Below, in pieces: positions 54,700 to 56,038 of a DNA stretch of 56,038 nt. Under the pieces are notes generated by a model. It made no database searches and was not told the origin of the DNA. It saw only the letters and a program-made list of their open reading frames with translations. Made by a program: the position numbers and the translations under genes. This stretch comes from Ignavibacteria bacterium (lineage in GTDB: Bacteria > Bacteroidota > Ignavibacteria > Ch128b): NCBI GenBank assembly GCA_049699815.1, contig JBNAWO010000002.1:1-56038 (forward strand). Reading direction: 5' to 3'. Numbering within the stretch: position 1 is the stretch's first letter; each line of letters begins with the position of its first letter.

Positions 54700-56038
54700 A
54701 TGAAAACCAGAAACAACCAGGCAATAATAAGTTTTGTGAATTACTTTTTATTTCTTTTTATTCCAATGCAGGTAACTTTATTTGCACAGAGTAAAGGTTC
54801 AATTTATGGAATTATTAGAGATGAAGTTTCAGGTGAACCAATTATTGGTGCAAATGTTTTAATTGAAAATACACTTAAAGGAGCATCAACCGATCTAAAT
54901 GGAAAATTTTCTTTAAGGGATTTAGAGGAAGGTTATTATGATTTAAAAGTTAGTCACATAGCATATAGAACTAAAATAATTAAAGATGTAAAAATCGAAG
55001 CAAATAAGAATTTAGAATTAAATATCGCTTTAAGTAGCAATGTTATTGAAACTGATGAAGTTGTTGTGACAGGTAAACTTGATAAATCTTTTGAGAATGC
55101 TTTACTCAATCTAAGAAAGAATTCTCCAAATATTCTTGATGGAATCAGTTCAGAACAGATTCGAAAGACAACGGATGGACTTACAAGTGAGGTTTTGAGA
55201 AGAATAACTGGAATTACATTAATCGAAAATAAGTTTGTTAATGTTCGAGGGACAGGTGAAAGATATAATGTAGCTCAATTAAACAATACAAATCTCACAA
55301 GCACTGAGTCAGAAAAGAAAGCGTTTTCATTTGATTTATTTTCTTCAAGTTTAATTGAAAATGTAAATGTAATAAAATCATATACTCCTGATCTTCCAGC
55401 GAATTTTGGTGGAGGAGTAGTTCAGCTAAACACAATTAGTTTCCCCGAAGAATTAAAAATAAGTACTGGATATTCCTCAGCTTATATTAGTAATACTTCC
55501 TTAAGAAATTTTTCAACATATCCAAACGGTACTAACTTTTTAGGTTTTGATAATGGTAGTAGAAGTTTACCCTCTAATTTTCCTTCAAATTTAAATAGTT
55601 CAAATTTAAGTAGAGACGAAGTCAATGAATTAGCAAAACAATTAAAGAATATCTGGACTCCAGTTAACAATCGTGCCCCACTTAATCAATCTTTTTCTTT
55701 CATGATTGGTGATGGAGCAAAATTGATTAATCAACAAGTCGGGTTTGTTGCTGCAATTAATTATAAAAACGACTATAAAAATGCATCCATAAGCCTGAAT
55801 GAATATGAAGCAAGTGGTGAAAAGAGGTTTGAATTTTCTGGTTTAAAATCTCATCTGTCAAAAAATATTGGTGGATTGTTTAGTCTTAGTTACAAATTGT
55901 CAGCAAGTAATTTAATACGAATGGAAAACATTTATTCTCATTCATCTGATGATGAGGTTTCTGAGTTTCAAGGTTTCCAATATACGGATGCAGGTAAAGA
56001 GCAAAAACAAATTGCCCTGAGATATATCGAGCGGGATT
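54700..56038 (+). CDS. TonB-dependent receptor, SusC-like (CarboxypepD_reg domain plus plug; 3' end beyond the window)
   Basis: My own translation from the ATG at 54700, with the RBS GGAGA upstream, gives MKTRNNQAIISFVNYFLFLFIPMQVTLFAQSKGSIYGIIRDEVSGEPIIGANVLIENTLKGASTDLNGKFSLRDLEEGYYDLKVSHIAYRT...VVVTGK...ITGITLIENKFVNVRGTGERYN. The frame is open to the window end. It is not in the ORF track because no stop is reached. Confidence 0.8.
   Translation, partial: MKTRNNQAIISFVNYFLFLFIPMQVTLFAQSKGSIYGIIRDEVSGEPIIGANVLIENTLKGASTDLNGKFSLRDLEEGYYDLKVSHIAYRTKIIKDVKIEANKNLELNIALSSNVIETDEVVVTGKLDKSFENALLNLRKNSPNILDGISSEQIRKTTDGLTSEVLRRITGITLIENKFVNVRGTGERYNVAQLNNTNLTSTESEKKAFSFDLFSSSLIENVNVIKSYTPDLPANFGGGVVQLNTISFPEELKISTGYSSAYISNTSLRNFSTYPNGTNFLGFDNGSRSLPSNFPSNLNSSNLSRDEVNELAKQLKNIWTPVNNRAPLNQSFSFMIGDGAKLINQQVGFVAAINYKNDYKNASISLNEYEASGEKRFEFSGLKSHLSKNIGGLFSLSYKLSASNLIRMENIYSHSSDDEVSEFQGFQYTDAGKEQKQIALRYIERD

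Noticed and set aside
1-56038. Searched the whole window for CRISPR arrays, tandem or direct repeats, prophage or transposon genes, integrases next to tRNA-Phe, and toxin-antitoxin or known defence-system genes.
   Set aside because: By eye I found no repeat-spacer periodicity, no transposase, integrase or recombinase motifs, and no composition shift around the tRNA. The region looks like core chromosome.

Overview
This is a 56-kb chromosomal segment of an AT-rich bacterium with about 50 protein genes, one tRNA-Phe, and no rRNA, CRISPR array, transposase or integrase that I could find. It looks like the Fibrobacteres-Chlorobi-Bacteroidetes group, probably Ignavibacteria-like. That inference rests on three proteins ending in the T9SS tail motif LYQNYPNPFN and on Bacteroidetes-type TAnnTTTG boxes upstream of operon-leading genes.

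Gene blocks in order:
- (1) Minus strand: ferredoxin plus a truncated geranylgeranyl-reductase-like flavoprotein, a lipoprotein, and an overlapping operon of a DUF4956-like membrane protein, a porin O/P-like barrel, a lamin-tail-domain lipoprotein and a PAS histidine kinase.
- (2) larE-larB, glgA, phnDCE, metG, three tandem parvulin chaperones, a MoxR ATPase and an unlisted 44-aa ribosomal protein Thx.
- (3) Minus-strand iron block: fur-feoA-feoB, mrp/apbC, nifU-like and an AI-2E permease.
- (4) A translationally coupled plus-strand chain joining peroxide detoxification (dodecin, AhpE-like peroxiredoxin, membrane protein, Bcp, erythrin, DUF3501-like) to pterin synthesis (eukaryote-like PTPS, FolE, two SDRs, the second frameshifted).
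- (5) Spy/CpxP-like protein, def, tRNA-Phe, an SDR, purC and a frameshifted cystathionine beta-synthase.
- (6) A membrane-anchored beta-propeller/Y_Y_Y sensor ending in a Fis-type HTH, followed by rnhC, an M16 peptidase and an aminotransferase.
- (7) An isolated nuoG-H-I cluster.
- (8) yjbQ and a T9SS cargo neighbourhood: an S1/P1-like nuclease, a GH13 enzyme, a URO-D family protein, an 893-aa repeat protein and a truncated TonB-dependent receptor.

The best leads for something undescribed are the peroxide/pterin super-operon, the kinase-less propeller sensor with a Fis HTH, the DUF4956/porin/LTD/kinase operon, and a 14-bp long-range stem that buries a start codon. Two frameshifts sit in simple repeats and may be assembly errors. 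All family assignments come from reading motifs by eye; no database search was run.
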